From contig CM075989.1 of assembly GCA_038087875.1 (NCBI GenBank), positions 18,292,001 to 18,356,000 on the forward strand: a stretch of DNA of 64,000 nt, written 5' to 3'. The DNA is from Malacoraja senta (lineage: Eukaryota). Positions 26,570-39,028 of the stretch are shown piece after piece. Below the pieces are notes generated by a model. That model did no database searches. It was not told the origin of the DNA and worked only from the letters and a program-made list of their open reading frames with translations. A program made the translations under genes and the position numbers. How positions within the stretch are numbered: the first letter of the stretch is position 1; each line of letters begins with the position of its first letter.

Positions 26570-26644
26570 CTACTGGAAATTGGAGAAGTCAATGTTTATG
26601 CCGCTAGGGTGCAGACTGCCCAAGCGGAATATGAGGTGCTGCTC
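26570..26644 (-). pseudogene. C-terminal fragment of a Penelope-type GIY-YIG endonuclease
   Basis: The E..LI..L..L.P.G.N motif is the conserved end of the GIY-YIG domain in Penelope/Neptune-type ORFs. Confidence 0.85.
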
Positions 26645-27008
26645 CCATTCCTTCTCTCCAGAGATGCTGCCTGTCCCGCTGAGTTACTCCAGCGCTTTGT
26701 GTCTATCAAGGATTGTAATATAGTTGTTTCATTTTCAATATATTGATATTTAAGAATATTTGTTTTACTTTGAGCTGTGCCGGTGGGTATTGTTTTGGAT
26801 TGTACTTATTATTCTTGTAACTAATTAATTAAAATTATTTTTGGTTACAAAAAGGGCAAGAATCTGGGCAGCAGATGTCCTGGTTGGGTTGCTCCTGGGC
26901 CTGCCAGGCTGACCAGCCGCGAGTCACGGCACCAGGCGGAAGAGGGCTCTGCCCGAGCCGGCTGCCTGCCCCTTTTCCGGGGTTACTTCCACAACCAGGT
27001 GGTTTTCC

Positions 27009-27090
27009 GTCTGAGGAAGGGTCTCGACCCGAAACGTCACCAATTCCTTCTCTTGAGTCTGAGGAAGGGTCGCGACCCGAAACATCTCCA
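27009..27090 (+). ncRNA. Tandem pair of hammerhead motifs, 48-bp period
   Basis: CTGAGGA-A-GGGTCTCGACCC-GAAACGTC (27011-27038) and CTGAGGA-A-GGGTCGCGACCC-GAAACATC (27059-27086). Confidence 0.65.
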
Positions 27091-27675
27091 ATTGCTTCTC
27101 TCCATAGATGCTGCCTCACCCGCTGAGTTACTCTGGCATTTTGTGTCTACTTAGCCTACAAACCTGTATGTTTTTTGAATGGAGGGAGGAAACAAGAGGA
27201 CCCGGAGAAAACCCACGCAGGTCACGGGGAGAACGTACAAACTACGTGCAGGCAACACCCGTAGTCAGGATCGAACCCAGGTCTCTGGTGCTGTAAGGCT
27301 GCAACTATATCCCTGCGCCACCTTGCGGCCGTTCTGCAGTCCCTTCCTACACCAGTTTATGTACTCCTGTTTCAAACATCCATCTGGGGCCCTGGTTTAC
27401 CAAACAACTTTGCTTTCTTTTTCAACAGAGGTCTGTGGCATTGCCAAAATGGCCTTTGTTGGTTGCGTTACACATTTCACCAGTTTTAATTGCTGAAAGC
27501 CCTGCTGAGAATAACAACCTTTTCACTGTGTCGAGAGATATCCTCCATTACATGGATAGATCACCTCAGCACAGACCCACGTGTGGGAGCGCAAAGTTCC
27601 AACAGTGAGAAGTCACACAGATGGTGCTGGGTAAATGGACCGAGCTGCCAGAGGAGGTCGTTGAGGCAGGTACAC

Positions 27676-27822
27676 ATCGACGTCGTGGCTATCCCTCGAG
27701 GTCGGGGATGATGGTCTACGATCTGCTGTTTTTATGGACTCTCAGGTGGCTTATGAGTCCAATCCTGACTTTGAAAGTTCTTTGGCATTCAGGACAGGTA
27801 ATTCCAGATGCCGGATCAGGCT
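27676..27822 (-). mobile_element. 3' end of an RTE-clade LINE inserted in a CR1 fragment
   Basis: The minus strand encodes ITCPECQRTFKVRIGLISHLRVHKNSRS*, the C-terminal C2H2 finger with RIGL.SH typical of RTE-1 elements. A short 3'UTR follows. Confidence 0.8.
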
Positions 27823-28730
27823 TTGGTACTGTAACAACATTTAAAAGAGATTTGGACTGGTACATTGATAGGACAGGTTTAGAGGGATATGGGCCAAACA
27901 TGGGCAAATGGGTCTAGCTTAGTTTGGGCAACTTGGGCGAGTTGGCCCGATGGGCTCTTTCCGTGCTGTATGACTCTATGTCTCCGTGGGTTTTCCCCGG
28001 GTGCTCTGGTTTCCTCCCACACTCCAAAGTCGTACAGGTTCGTAGGCTCATTGGCTTCGGCAAAGATTGTAAATTGTCCATGGTGTGTAGGACAGTGCTA
28101 GTGTACGGGGATCATTGGCCGGCACGGACACGGTGGGCCGAAGGGCATATGTCCACGCTCCATCTCGAAACTAAAACTTAGAGTTTCAGAGCACAAAAAA
28201 AATCTAGAAGGAACGTACAGAACTTATTTATCACTAGATCAATGATGCGGGAGTTAATTTGATTTGCTCCTAACTGTTTTATCGGCCAGGGTTCATCACA
28301 TGCACAACCTACCTGATTATAGGCCAAATGAAGCAGCCCAACACTTATTTCCCCAGTGTGAATGAGGATGTAATCACACACACAACTGCAGGCTGCACCA
28401 TTAGGGACTGCATCATGCTAATCAATGTGAACCGTACACAGCTGAGCTCCACACTGCAACAGACTCCATTAGAAGGTGACCCCACACTGCCACACAAGGA
28501 TGAATCAGAGCTGACCTCATCATGCATCTGCTGTCTCCGTTCAATCAAGTTATCCAGAGACCAGCCATCAATACTCATCCGCCATCAGACCAGGCGACAG
28601 GCGAACTGACTGCCGGCATCTTCTCTACGTCATCCGCTCGGCAAAGGGACTGAAAATACCTTCAACGCTTGGAGTGCAATAACTAATCTTGTACAATTCA
28701 GACCTGGAGTCAATAAATGCAGTCCTTTGT

Positions 28731-28857
28731 GTTTAAGAAGGAACTGCAGATGCTGGAAAATCGAAGGTAGAAAATCGGTTTCGGCCCGAAACGTTGCCTA
28801 TTTCCTTCGCTCCATAGATGCTGCTGCACCCGCTGAGTTTCTCCAGCATTTTTGCCT
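28731..28857. mobile_element. Penelope-derived inverted pLTR insertion with a 17-bp TSD
   Basis: TAAATGCAGTCCTTTGT is present on both flanks. The insert is a short reverse arm joined to a forward arm. Confidence 0.8.
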
Positions 28858-29096
28858 AAATGCAGTCCTTTGTTGCATGAGGTGTAGGAAGGAACTGCAG
28901 ATGCTGGTTTACACCTGTGCACTTGCAAGCCCACTGCAAGAAAATATACACAGCCATTTTTCACTTTGGGAATAGCCGGGGAATTGGCATTTGCAGCTTA
29001 GTCAAGCAGCAGGTAGACACAAAATGCTGGAGTAACTCAGCGGGATAGGCAGCATCTCTGGAGAGAAGGTGAGGCTGAAGAAGGGTGTACCTATAG

Positions 29097-29437
29097 CATC
29101 CAGTACAGACGATGGAAGTCTATTACCTAAATAACCATCACCATTTTCATATATGAGCAGCCAGCAGAGTAGTGAACCTCCTGCAGACGAGTGAACAGCA
29201 CTCATTAATGTTGACTAAAAGTGTTCCACCTCTCGACCCGTGTTGCCATGGTATCACACATTCAATTTACTCTGAAAATCTCAGCCCCATTCACCCCTCA
29301 CAGTACGGAGTTGGTTGATTTACCAATTTAGAAAACTGTTCTTTCCTCTGAGGAAGAGAGGTTAGTCCAACGCTGGAGGAGCCCAGCTGCAAGAATGCCT
29401 GATGAAAGGACACAGTGCATGGTGGAGCCTCAATACC
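29097..29437 (+). repeat. About 340-bp sequence duplicated at 62161-62496
   Basis: Both copies run from catccagtacagac to agcctcaatacc with scattered differences. It does not belong to the other repeat families seen here. Confidence 0.9.
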
Positions 29438-29604
29438 TGGGAGCAGCCTTCATAATTGACAAAAGAACAAATAAATTTAAAAAAAAGAATCATTCCCAAC
29501 AGTAAGAGTGCTCTTCTGAGATGAAAGCTCATTGTTGGAAGGGTGCTGAAGATGTACTTGTAGCTGCTTCATATCATACTTGATGCTGGCAAGAGATGTT
29601 TTAC

Positions 29605-30246
29605 AGTTATGTTTATTGTCACGTGTACCGAGGTACAGTGGAAAGCTTTTGTTGCGTGCTATCCAGTCGGCAGAGAGACAATGCATGATTACAATCGAGT
29701 CATTTACAGTGTATACATGATAAGGCAATAACGTTTAGTGCAAGGAAGAGCCAGCAAAGTCCAGTCAAGGATAGTCCGAGAGTCAATAAACAATAGGTGC
29801 AGGAGTAGGCCATTCGGCCCTTCAAACCAGCACCGCCGTTCAATGTGATCATGGCTGATCATCCACAATCAGTACCCCGTTCCTGCCTTCTCCCCATATC
29901 CCCTGACTCCGCTATCTTTAAGAGCCCTATCAAGCTCTCTTGAAAATATCCAGAGAACCGGCCTCCACCGCCCTCTGAGGCAGAGAATTCCACAGACTCA
30001 CAACTCTCTGTGTGAAAAGGTGTTTCCTCATCTTCGTTCTAAATGCCTTACCCCTTATTCTTAAACTGTGGCCCCTGGTTCTGGACTCCCCCAACATCGG
30101 GAACATGTTTCCTGCCTCTAGCGTGTCCAAACCCTTAATAATCTTATCTGTTTCAATAAGATTCCCTCTCATCCTTCTAAATTCCAGAGTGTACAAGCCC
30201 AGCCGCCCCATTCTCCCAGCATGAGGTAGATAGTAGTTCAGGACTG
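29605..30246 (-). mobile_element. CR1 LINE 3' fragment (about 29790-30221) nested in a Rex1/Babar 3'UTR fragment
   Basis: ORF 29930..30211 reads LGLYTLEFRRMRGNLIETDKIIKGLD...RTRGHSLRI...FTQRVVSLWNSLP, the CR1 ORF2 C-terminus. Confidence 0.9.
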
Positions 30247-33200
30247 TGCGGAGTTATGGGAGCCAAACATTTTGATGGTTAAAAATACCAGCAAATGAAT
30301 TTATTACGAAAGTCCAGAGCTGGAATGCAATGTGGTTTGAGCAACACAATTAACTGAGAGAGTGAAATGCACAAATGTATCTGGTGCCAGCAGGAAGAGG
30401 ATTCACTCAACTAATATTGTCATGCATTTGTTGATAAAGCAAAGGAAAAGGGCAAAGATGAACAACAGAAATCACCAGAAACACAATGGAAAACAGAAAG
30501 CAATAAGCAGCACTAATCAGTGGCATTTTTGTAGACAAAACGGCATTAGTACAAGCTAGATTTATCAACAATATTTATCCCAACCATATACCGCTCTCTT
30601 TTGTTTTGATTTCGTGACCAATCAATTTCTAATTTACTAAACTAATAAAATTGGAGAGCATCGAAATTAAAATCTAAAAAATGTAAAATTCTAGATTTTA
30701 ATTTGGAGGCTAGTTTTGTCTATTAGGAAAGAGGCTGATTTCTTCTGTCTGGCAATCTATTCTTAACATAAATTATCAATGCAATATTAATATAGAAATT
30801 AACTTCAATGATAAATCATCAGTATTGTGCAGCATTGACATCGACCCTGGCTCCCTTGTCGACCCCGTGATGTTGTGATGATGATGGTAGCATGCCAGAG
30901 AAACGGCACTAGTAACCCGTTTTGCAGAGTTTTTACAAGCCAACTCGGGAGTGGCACTGGCTGGAGTCTGGGAACAGGCCCCCGGTGGGAAAAAGGATCG
31001 CAGACACAATCCATCTGCCACCCTCAATGTGAAGTCAAATCCATCCGTGCCTGTGTGCCAGTCTCTCACAGTGGGAGATGCCAGGGGGGAGGTGGGCACG
31101 GTGACAACATCTTCGCACTCCGCACCGGCTACAAGAAAAGGTGCCGGGGCTTGTTTGACTGGCACCAGCTCCAGAGTTGCCCAAAGTGCCACAAAGACAG
31201 CAGAAGCATTTGTCCCACAGAAACGCAGGGAGTGAAAAAAACCAAAAAAAACGCCGCCTGTCAAAACATTGATCCCACGAGCAACAACGTGCTGCGGGAA
31301 CTCAGCGGTTCAGCCGGCAGCTGCAGAGGGAGTGGACAGGCGGTGTTTCGGGTTTGGAACCTTTTACAGACCAACAGGAGTGGGGTTGGGAGGGGGGGAG
31401 GGGGGGAGGGGGGGAGGGGAAGCTGGAATAAACAGGTGAGAGCGGGGCAAGTGATAGGTGGGTAGACAATAAATCTATAAGATCTTGTATGTGCCAGGGA
31501 GGTTGTGGCATTTAACTGATTAATGTTGGTTTCCAGAGGTGTGTGCTGAGGACAAATTTGCTGCCCTTTCTATGCCATCGGGTTGTACAGCAAGGAAACA
31601 GGCCCTTCGGCCCATCTTGTCCATGCAAACCAAGTTGGCATACTGAGCCAGTCACATTTCCTGCCTTTGGCCCATAGCCCTCTAAACCCTTCCGGTTAAT
31701 ACATCTCCGCACTGGGAGAGGTTGGAGAACCCGAGTTTTCCCCGGGTGCTCCGGGCTCCTCCCACACTCCAAAGAGGTACAGGTTTATAGGATAATTAGT
31801 TATAAATTGTCCTTAGTGTGCAGGATAGTCCTAATGCACGGGGAGATCGCTGGTCGGCGCGGACTCGGTGGGCCGAAGGGCTTGTTTCCATGCTGTATCT
31901 CAAAACTAAACTAAAAACATAATTTTAGGAAGGAACTGCAGATGCTGGTTTACACTGACGATAGACACTAAATGCTGGAGTAACAGGCAGCGTCTCTGGA
32001 GAGAAGGAATGGGTGACGTTTTGGGTTAAGACCCTTCTACAAAATCAGTACCCTGTTCCTACTTTCTCTCCATATCCCTTGATTCCTTGAAATCTTGAAG
32101 ATCCCCTCTCAATGAATATAAGCCCAGCCGATCCATTCTTTCATCGTATGTCAGTCTCGCCATCCTGGGAATTAACCTGCTGAACCTATGCTACACTCCC
32201 TCAATAGCAAACATCTTTTGAATGCTTTTATCACATCTGCCTCAACTACTTTCTCTGGCAGCTCATTCCATTGGCCCAACACCCTCTGTGTGGAACAGTT
32301 GCGGCTCTGGTTTAAATATTCTCCCTCTCATCTGTGCATGTTCAGTCTCCCTGCTCATGGCAGTGACTACTGTGATCGAGGAAATGAAAGTATCATCACA
32401 CGAATCTTTGAGGTCATTGAATAGGGAGTGATTAAGCAGGCTACAGCTCTAATCTCAAATTCAGAAGAATGAGAGATCTCATTGTCACATAAAATTCTCA
32501 AGGGGTTGATAGGGTCGTTGCAAGCAAGATATCTCCCAATTTGTTTTTTCTCTATGTCAGTGAATCATCAGAATTCTCTTTCTTGGAGAATTGTAAAAGG
32601 CCATCAAAGATGTACAGGTTTGTAATTGGCTTCGGTAAAGATTGTATATTGTCCCTAGTGTGTAGGATAGTGTTAGCGTGCGGGTCGATCGCTGGTCGAA
32701 GTGGGCTTGGTGTGCCAAAGGGCCTGTTTCCGCGCTGTATCTCTACACTAAACTAAATGGGACTAGCCCAGTATGCCGACTTAGTCGGCATGGACAAGAG
32801 GGGCCGAAGGGTCTGTTTCTTTGCTGCACACCTCCATGTTATCTGTCAGCCCATTCCTTCTCTCCAGAGATGCTGCCAGTCCTGCTGAGTTACTCCAGCG
32901 TTTTGTGTCTATCTTCGATTTAAACCAGCATCTGCAGTTCCTTCCTACACACATATCTAAGCCCTGGTTGGTTTATGGACTTTAGCTGGGATTGTTGACG
33001 TCGAACAGCATTATAAATGCCTTTCAAAACTGACACATCGTGCAAGCTGGAATCTGGCTCAAAGCACCCACTGTTTCCCTGTGGACCGGGTGAGTGGCAG
33101 GTGGTCCAGGGTGGCACTTGGTTTCTACAGCATGGCATGAAGGGCATTTTAATTAGGTTATCTGCCAACCACTGAAGAGCAGGCAGCAGGTGTGGAAACT

Positions 33201-33831
33201 CAATGACAAATACTGAAAGGTTACCTTCTCCCTGCCTGCCACACCTCCTTTCTAATTCATTTTAAACATTTCTCACACAAGTGATGGTACCGGCTCAATC
33301 CTATTCCACACGTGGCCACATTTTCATTCAATTCCCCTATGGTCGAGTGGAAGAGTAAAAGCATCTTAATCACAATTTCATTCTTACTTTAGCCGCCTTG
33401 GATTGATGTCTGTAATCTTTTAGGCGAGTACCAGAATCAATACTTTTCTCAATGTTTGGAAGTGAAGTATTTTGAGGAGATTATGCAGACTAGAGGAACA
33501 GCGCCTCATATTGCACTTGGGTTGACTTGCCCAGTTGTTACAAGGGAAGAAACAACAATCGGCCATCAAAGAGATCAATAGAACTCTTCCCCCCTCTCTC
33601 CCCTATGCACCACTTGGACTCAAACCTATTTCTCCCTTCCCACCAAAATACCTGGCTTCATAATTTGCAACTCTTCAATCCTTACCCCACATCTTTTGTC
33701 TTCTCTGCCCAACCATCTGCTTTTAAACTCCCCCTCACCTGTATCCACCTATCCCTTGCCACACTCTGACCTGCCTGTCCTCTCCTCCAGCTTTTGCCCC
33801 CCCTCCTCCCCACCGCAATCATCACAAGAAG

Positions 33832-34128
33832 GGGCGGCACGGTGGCGCAGCGGTAGAGTTGCAGCCTTACAGCGCTTGCAGCGCCAGAGACCCGGGTTCG
33901 ATCCCGACTACGGGTGCTGTCTGTACGGAGTTTGTACGTTCTCCCCGTGACCGCGTGAGTTTTCTCCGAGATCTTCGGTTTTCTCCCACACTCCAGAGAC
34001 GTGCAGGTTTGTAGGTAAATTGGCTTGGTAAATGTAAAAATTGTCCCTAGTGTGTGTAGGATAGTGCTAGTGTGCGGGGATCGCTGGTCGGCGCGGACCC
34101 GGTGGGTCGAAGGGTCTGTTTCCGCCCT
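33832..34128 (+). mobile_element. HE1-type V-SINE, near full length
   Basis: A and B boxes, V-domain and CR1-like tail. It interrupts a Penelope-derived element, whose halves lie at about 33580-33830 and 34130-34220. Confidence 0.9.
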
Positions 34129-34688
34129 GTGTCCCGACCTGAAACGTCATCCATCCATGTTCTCCAGAGAGGTACTACCTGACCCGTTGAGTTACTCCAG
34201 AAATGTGTCTTTTTTTAAACCAAAAAGAGAAAGTCTTACAAGTTTAAAGTAAAGCTATCCTTCAACCTGTTGCTTGTTCTGCATTAGAAAATCTACCTGT
34301 TGAGTCAAGGTTTTACTGTTGATGTTTCAACGGCAGTAACAGTTATAGAAAATGCTTCCACTTGTTGATTGTTGGGCAATGCATCTTATACAAAACCACA
34401 GAATAACTCAAGACCAGAGGGTACTGAGGCAAGGCATCACTGAAGAAGGGTCTCGACCCAAAACGTCACCCGTTCCTTCTCTCCAGAGATGCTGCCTGTC
34501 CCGCTGAGTTACTCCAACTTTTTGTGTCTATCTTCGGTTTAAACCAACATCTGCATTTCCTTCCTACACATCACTGGGTTCAAGTTGTTAGTTAATCTTC
34601 ATGGCCCATTTATCTAACTAGATGATAGACACAAAATGCTGGAGTAACTCAGCGGGGCAGGTAGCATCTCTGGAGAGAAGGAATGGGT

Positions 34689-34716
34689 GACGTTTCGGGT
34701 CGAGACCCTTCTTCAG
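34689..34716 (-). ncRNA. Minimal hammerhead ribozyme motif
   Basis: The reverse complement reads CUGAAGA-A-GGGUCUCGACCC-GAAAC-GUC, an intact core. Confidence 0.7.
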
Positions 34717-35943
34717 ACTGATGAAGTTGTGTCTCTCTTCAGTGTAAACTAGCATCTGCAGTTTCAACCTACTAACTAACTAGACGTACGGGCTTCTAAC
34801 ACGGCATGAATCAACACTCCAGCTATTTGTGCCTATCTTCGGTTTAAGCCAGCATCTGCAGTTCCTTCCTACACCCACTGTCTATTTGTTTAACCTGTGA
34901 GATTGTGGACTGAGATTTAAAAAAATAGGAACAGCAGCATTGGACAGTACATTAAAAAGTGTGATCAATAGTAAAGATAGAAATAGTTAAGACGATTTAA
35001 AATTTAATGTGTTAAAAATAATTAGATTTTCTCAAAACGATTCAGCAATTGAAGGATTTTATCCACTTTCTTGGTTGGAGAGGTTAGAGACAATTCCCAC
35101 ATTGATAAAAGGATGCTGGCACTCTTAATGGCCAGACTTAACTTTCAGTGGCTAGTTTAATGGGCAAATCCAATGAAAATAACGAGAAGGCTAAGGGTCA
35201 GATACCAGTAATGAGAAGCAAATGATGGAGAGATCTAAATCAACAGCAAGTTCTGGAGATTCATAACTCAAAGCATTGCTTAATGCTCTGAATCTGTTGG
35301 CCGATTTGCACATTAGTAACCAAATTCCAGCCCATTATATTCTTTTGGTCGCCCATGGCTTACATTATTCGAACATTATGAAACCAAAGTTTAGTTTAGT
35401 TTAGAGATACAGAGTGGAAACAGGCCTTTCGGTCCACTGGGCCCATGCTGACCAGCAATCCCCATACACTAACACTATCCTGTACACTCCAGGGACAATT
35501 TACAATTTTACCAAGCCAATTAACCTGCAAACCTGTACGTCTTTGGAGTGCGAGATCAAACCGGAGCACCTAAAGCCCATGCAGGTCACGGGGAGAACGT
35601 ACAAGCTTTGTATAGACAGCACCCGTAGTCAGGATCGAACCCGGGTCTCTGGCGTGGTAAGGCAGTAACACGGTGCCACCCATGGTGCCCTGGTAAATTG
35701 GTGAAGTGGGTAGAAAGGAACTGCAGATGCTGTTTTACTTCGGAGTCACGTGAGTGACTACGTGAAGAAGCCCGTCAGTGCGCCTGCGCGTCATTACGTC
35801 AGACGCCTTGACGCAAACGGACGTGAGGAGCAGTGCTCCTCGAGTGGTTTGTAGTTTTTCAACTACAAGGTAAGTAAAAACTTTTTTACAGGTTTTCCAG
35901 GTCCGTTTACTGTGGGTCTATGGCGATTTTTTTCACAGACGCC

Positions 35944-37100
35944 ATGGGAAAAAACGGACAGGGGGAAGAGGCGAGCGACATAGCCGACAGAAGTCGGGAA
36001 AGTCGGGAGTCCGCGGTTAGAGACCAACCGCCTCTAAACCCCGGTACAGTCGCCAGCGGTGAGCATAGCGACTGTGGACCTGGGGCTGGTGAAAACACAG
36101 TCAGTGCCTGTCGGGCAAAAGACAAAGTTTAAATCCCAACGGAGGGAGTCCCAGGCAATTAAGAAGCTCCAGGGCTAGATACTGCTTTAGAGCGTATTGC
36201 CCAAATAGAAAGTCTTTTACACAGGCTGTTGGAGCAACGTTCACTCAGTGAGGAGTGTTCTGAAAGCCAAGCTGCTGGAAACAGCTCAAACAGCTCCTGG
36301 TACAGGGCTAGATACTGCTTTCGAGCGTATTGCCCAAATAGAAGCCTTTTTCATAGGTTGTTGGAGCAAAAGTTCACTCAGGAAGGAGTGTACTGTAATC
36401 CAAGCTGCAGGAGCAGCTTAACAGCACCTGGCTCAGGGCTGATGGAATGCACCCTCAGGAATGAGGAGCGTGCTACGGGTCATGAGATTTCAGACCCCGA
36501 CTCTGACGGTGAGGCTGTACAAGGCGATGAAAGGCAGCTGCCAGATGTTCCAACCCTGGTAGTAGGATTCGCTGCCCCGTCAGGGTCAGGAGAGCCATTA
36601 GGAAGAACTGGCCTCCTTAATAAATTACTTGGTTTACCATTAGCTGGAACAGCATGAAATGGATGAGACTGCAAGAGTTGCAGAGAATATTAAAGCTGCT
36701 GGGTTCTGGAATAACTGCTTTTACCAGAATAGCAGGTAACAACCAAAAGATGACGAAGTTGCATCAGCAAGCACTGGGGTTGCTATGCAGCACCCACTTC
36801 GAGAAGTGCTATACGGTCTACTATGAATCCGAAATTCGCAGCACTCTGCAAACCAAGTAATATACAAATTACCCAACTTACTCTTTGGAGAGATCTCGGG
36901 AGACGTATTAAAGAGTTGGAAGATGAAGCGAAAACAGGATTGATGAAGACATCAATGGTTGTGAAGTCTGTAAAGAGGAAGTATCCTTTCAGACGTCATA
37001 CGGATCCTGGACCAAGTCGCTCATCAACGCAGGGACATAGTTGGCGGCCTGCAGCGGGAGCAAGAACCAGTGGGCGTGCTTCCGGGAGAACCCAGGAATC
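35944..37100 (+). pseudogene. DIRS gag-like ORF1 remnant (frameshifted)
   Basis: Lies upstream of RT. It has coiled-coil-like segments (LDTALERIAQIESLLHRLLEQ) and DLGRRIKELEDEAK near the end, and is broken across frames. Confidence 0.55.
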
Positions 37101-37169
37101 TCAGGGTACTGAAATGACTCAAGAGGTAGGTGGACCTGGTTCTCATGGGAACATACTAACTGGATTAAG

Positions 37170-37965
37170 TCCAAAAGTTGGAGGCAGGTTACATTTCTTC
37201 TATAATAATTGGAAGAAAATTACTTCAGATGTGGTAATCCTGAATAATATACAAGGATTTCGAATTGAATTCAATCCAAATTATGATTTGCCTGTTCAGC
37301 ATGTTCCTAGCCGAACTCTGCACTTTGTACAAAAAGAAGTGATGGAGGTTCAGGTTGCAATTGAAACCCTATATTAAAAAAAAGGGGTTATTGAAAAATC
37401 AGTCTACCAAAGTCACCAATTTGTGTCAAAAATATTCCCTCGATCAAAAAAGGATGGAGGATGTAGGATTCTTGTAGATTTGATAAATCTGAATCCTTTT
37501 GTGCAATTTAGACATTTTAAAATGGAAACATTTGTGACTGCCAAACAGCTTATTTCAGAAGCATGTTATATGGCAACTATAGACTTGAAAGATGCATATT
37601 ATTCAGTGTCTGTTCATTCAGAAGATGGGAAGTATCTTAAATTTAAATGGATGAACCAGTTGTGGCAGTTCAAAGCTCTGCCTAATTGGTTAATATCTGC
37701 ACTCAGAATATTCACAAAAATTGTTAAAACCAATTCTGGGCTTGCTGAGTAGCATGTACTAATGGCATATTTGGATGATGTCTTGATTATAGAAAGACAA
37801 AACAGTCAACAGAAGTATCTGTTGCAGTTGTGAAATCAACTTTTGAAAAGTTGGGGTTTCTAATTCATCCACAGAAATCTAGGTTAACACCATGTACCTC
37901 TATTAATTATTTGGGGTTCACAATTGATTCAGTCCAAATGAATATCACTTTGCCCAGGGAAAAGG
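37170..37965 (+). pseudogene. DIRS reverse transcriptase remnant
   Basis: Motifs VGGRLHFF..NW, KKDGGCR.LVDL..LN, HFKMET, IDLKDAYY, QFKALP and YLDD (37768-37779). Disrupted by frameshifts and stops near 37377 and 37720-37750. Confidence 0.92.
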
Positions 37966-38620
37966 GTGGATTTGATTAAAGATTGCAGTAATCTCCTAAA
38001 CGAGCAAAAACCTTCAATTAGACAGGTGGCTCGTGTACTGGGAAAATTAGTAGCAGCATTCCCAGCAGTCCAATTTGGACCATTACATTATCAACAGCTG
38101 CAGAGACTTAAAGAACAGGCACCGAGAATGCATGTTGGTCATTTTGATAGAACCATGCAACTAACAACAAATGCTGTTTCTGGTCTGCAGTGGTGGATTC
38201 TACATGTCTCAAGCAGTTCCAGCAAAGTGCTGATTGAACAACCTTCCATGATATTACAAACTGATGCCAGTGCACCAGGATGGGGTGCAACTGACTTAAC
38301 ATCTAGCTGAGGAGGCAGATGGAATCAGGAAGAGTCATTGTTACTGCAGACATGGGGAATTAACTATTTGGAGCTTCTAGGATGTTTCTATGGGCTCCAA
38401 GCTTATTGTTCTAACACAACTAATAAGCATGTTCAAGTTCAAATTGATAACACAACAGTAGTTGTTTATATTAATGATATGGAATTAAGTCGGTGTCTTG
38501 TGACAAAATGGTTAATCAACTTTGGGCTTGGTGTATTGAAAAGAACATTTGGATTTCAGCTATCTATCTACCAGGTAGAATGAACGATAGCAGACACCAA
38601 GTCACGAAAAGTTCCATGAT
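37966..38620 (+). pseudogene. DIRS RNase H remnant
   Basis: Motifs LQWW, QTDASAPGWG, INYLEL and QIDNTTVV.YIN. In-frame TGA at 38308-38310. Confidence 0.88.
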
Positions 38621-38632
38621 AATAAAGAATGG

Positions 38633-39013
38633 ATGTTGAATCAAGAGGTATTCAATGATATGGTCATCAGATTTGGAATGACCGACAGCGACTTGAATCA
38701 TCAGCTATCAAGATATGTCTCATGGAAACCAGATCCAGGAGCAGTGGCGATTGATGCTTTCTCGCTACATTGGGGTGGTATGTTTTCATATATATTTCCA
38801 CCTTTCTGCCTCATAAGCCAATGTTTGCTTAAAATCAGGCAAGATGCTGCTTCAAGGGTTTTGGTAGTACCAGATTGGCCTACACAGCCATGGTATCCGT
38901 TGATATTAGAATTAACAACACAAATGTTGATGAAAGTCCCAAAAAAGAGTAATTTATTGCTGCTCCCTGTACAGGGGAACAACATCCATTATATGATCGT
39001 TTGGATTTGTTGA
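38633..39013 (+). pseudogene. DIRS DNA N6-adenine methyltransferase-like (MT) domain remnant
   Basis: DAFSLHW...YIFPPF (NPPY-like motif) and LVVPDWPTQPWYP, characteristic of the DIRS1 MT domain. Confidence 0.85.
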
Positions 39014-39028
39014 TTTGCAGGTTTTAAG

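Larger units (their letters stand above)
26255..26707 (-). mobile_element. Penelope-like retroelement 3' fragment (GIY-YIG C-terminus, 3'UTR, hammerhead) nested with a second pLTR hairpin
   Basis: Minus strand 26644-26570 encodes EQHLIFRLGSLHPSGINIDFSNFQ*. A pyrimidine-rich UTR and an intact hammerhead core (26474-26447) follow. The flanks share aaggattgt(t/a)atata. Confidence 0.85.
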
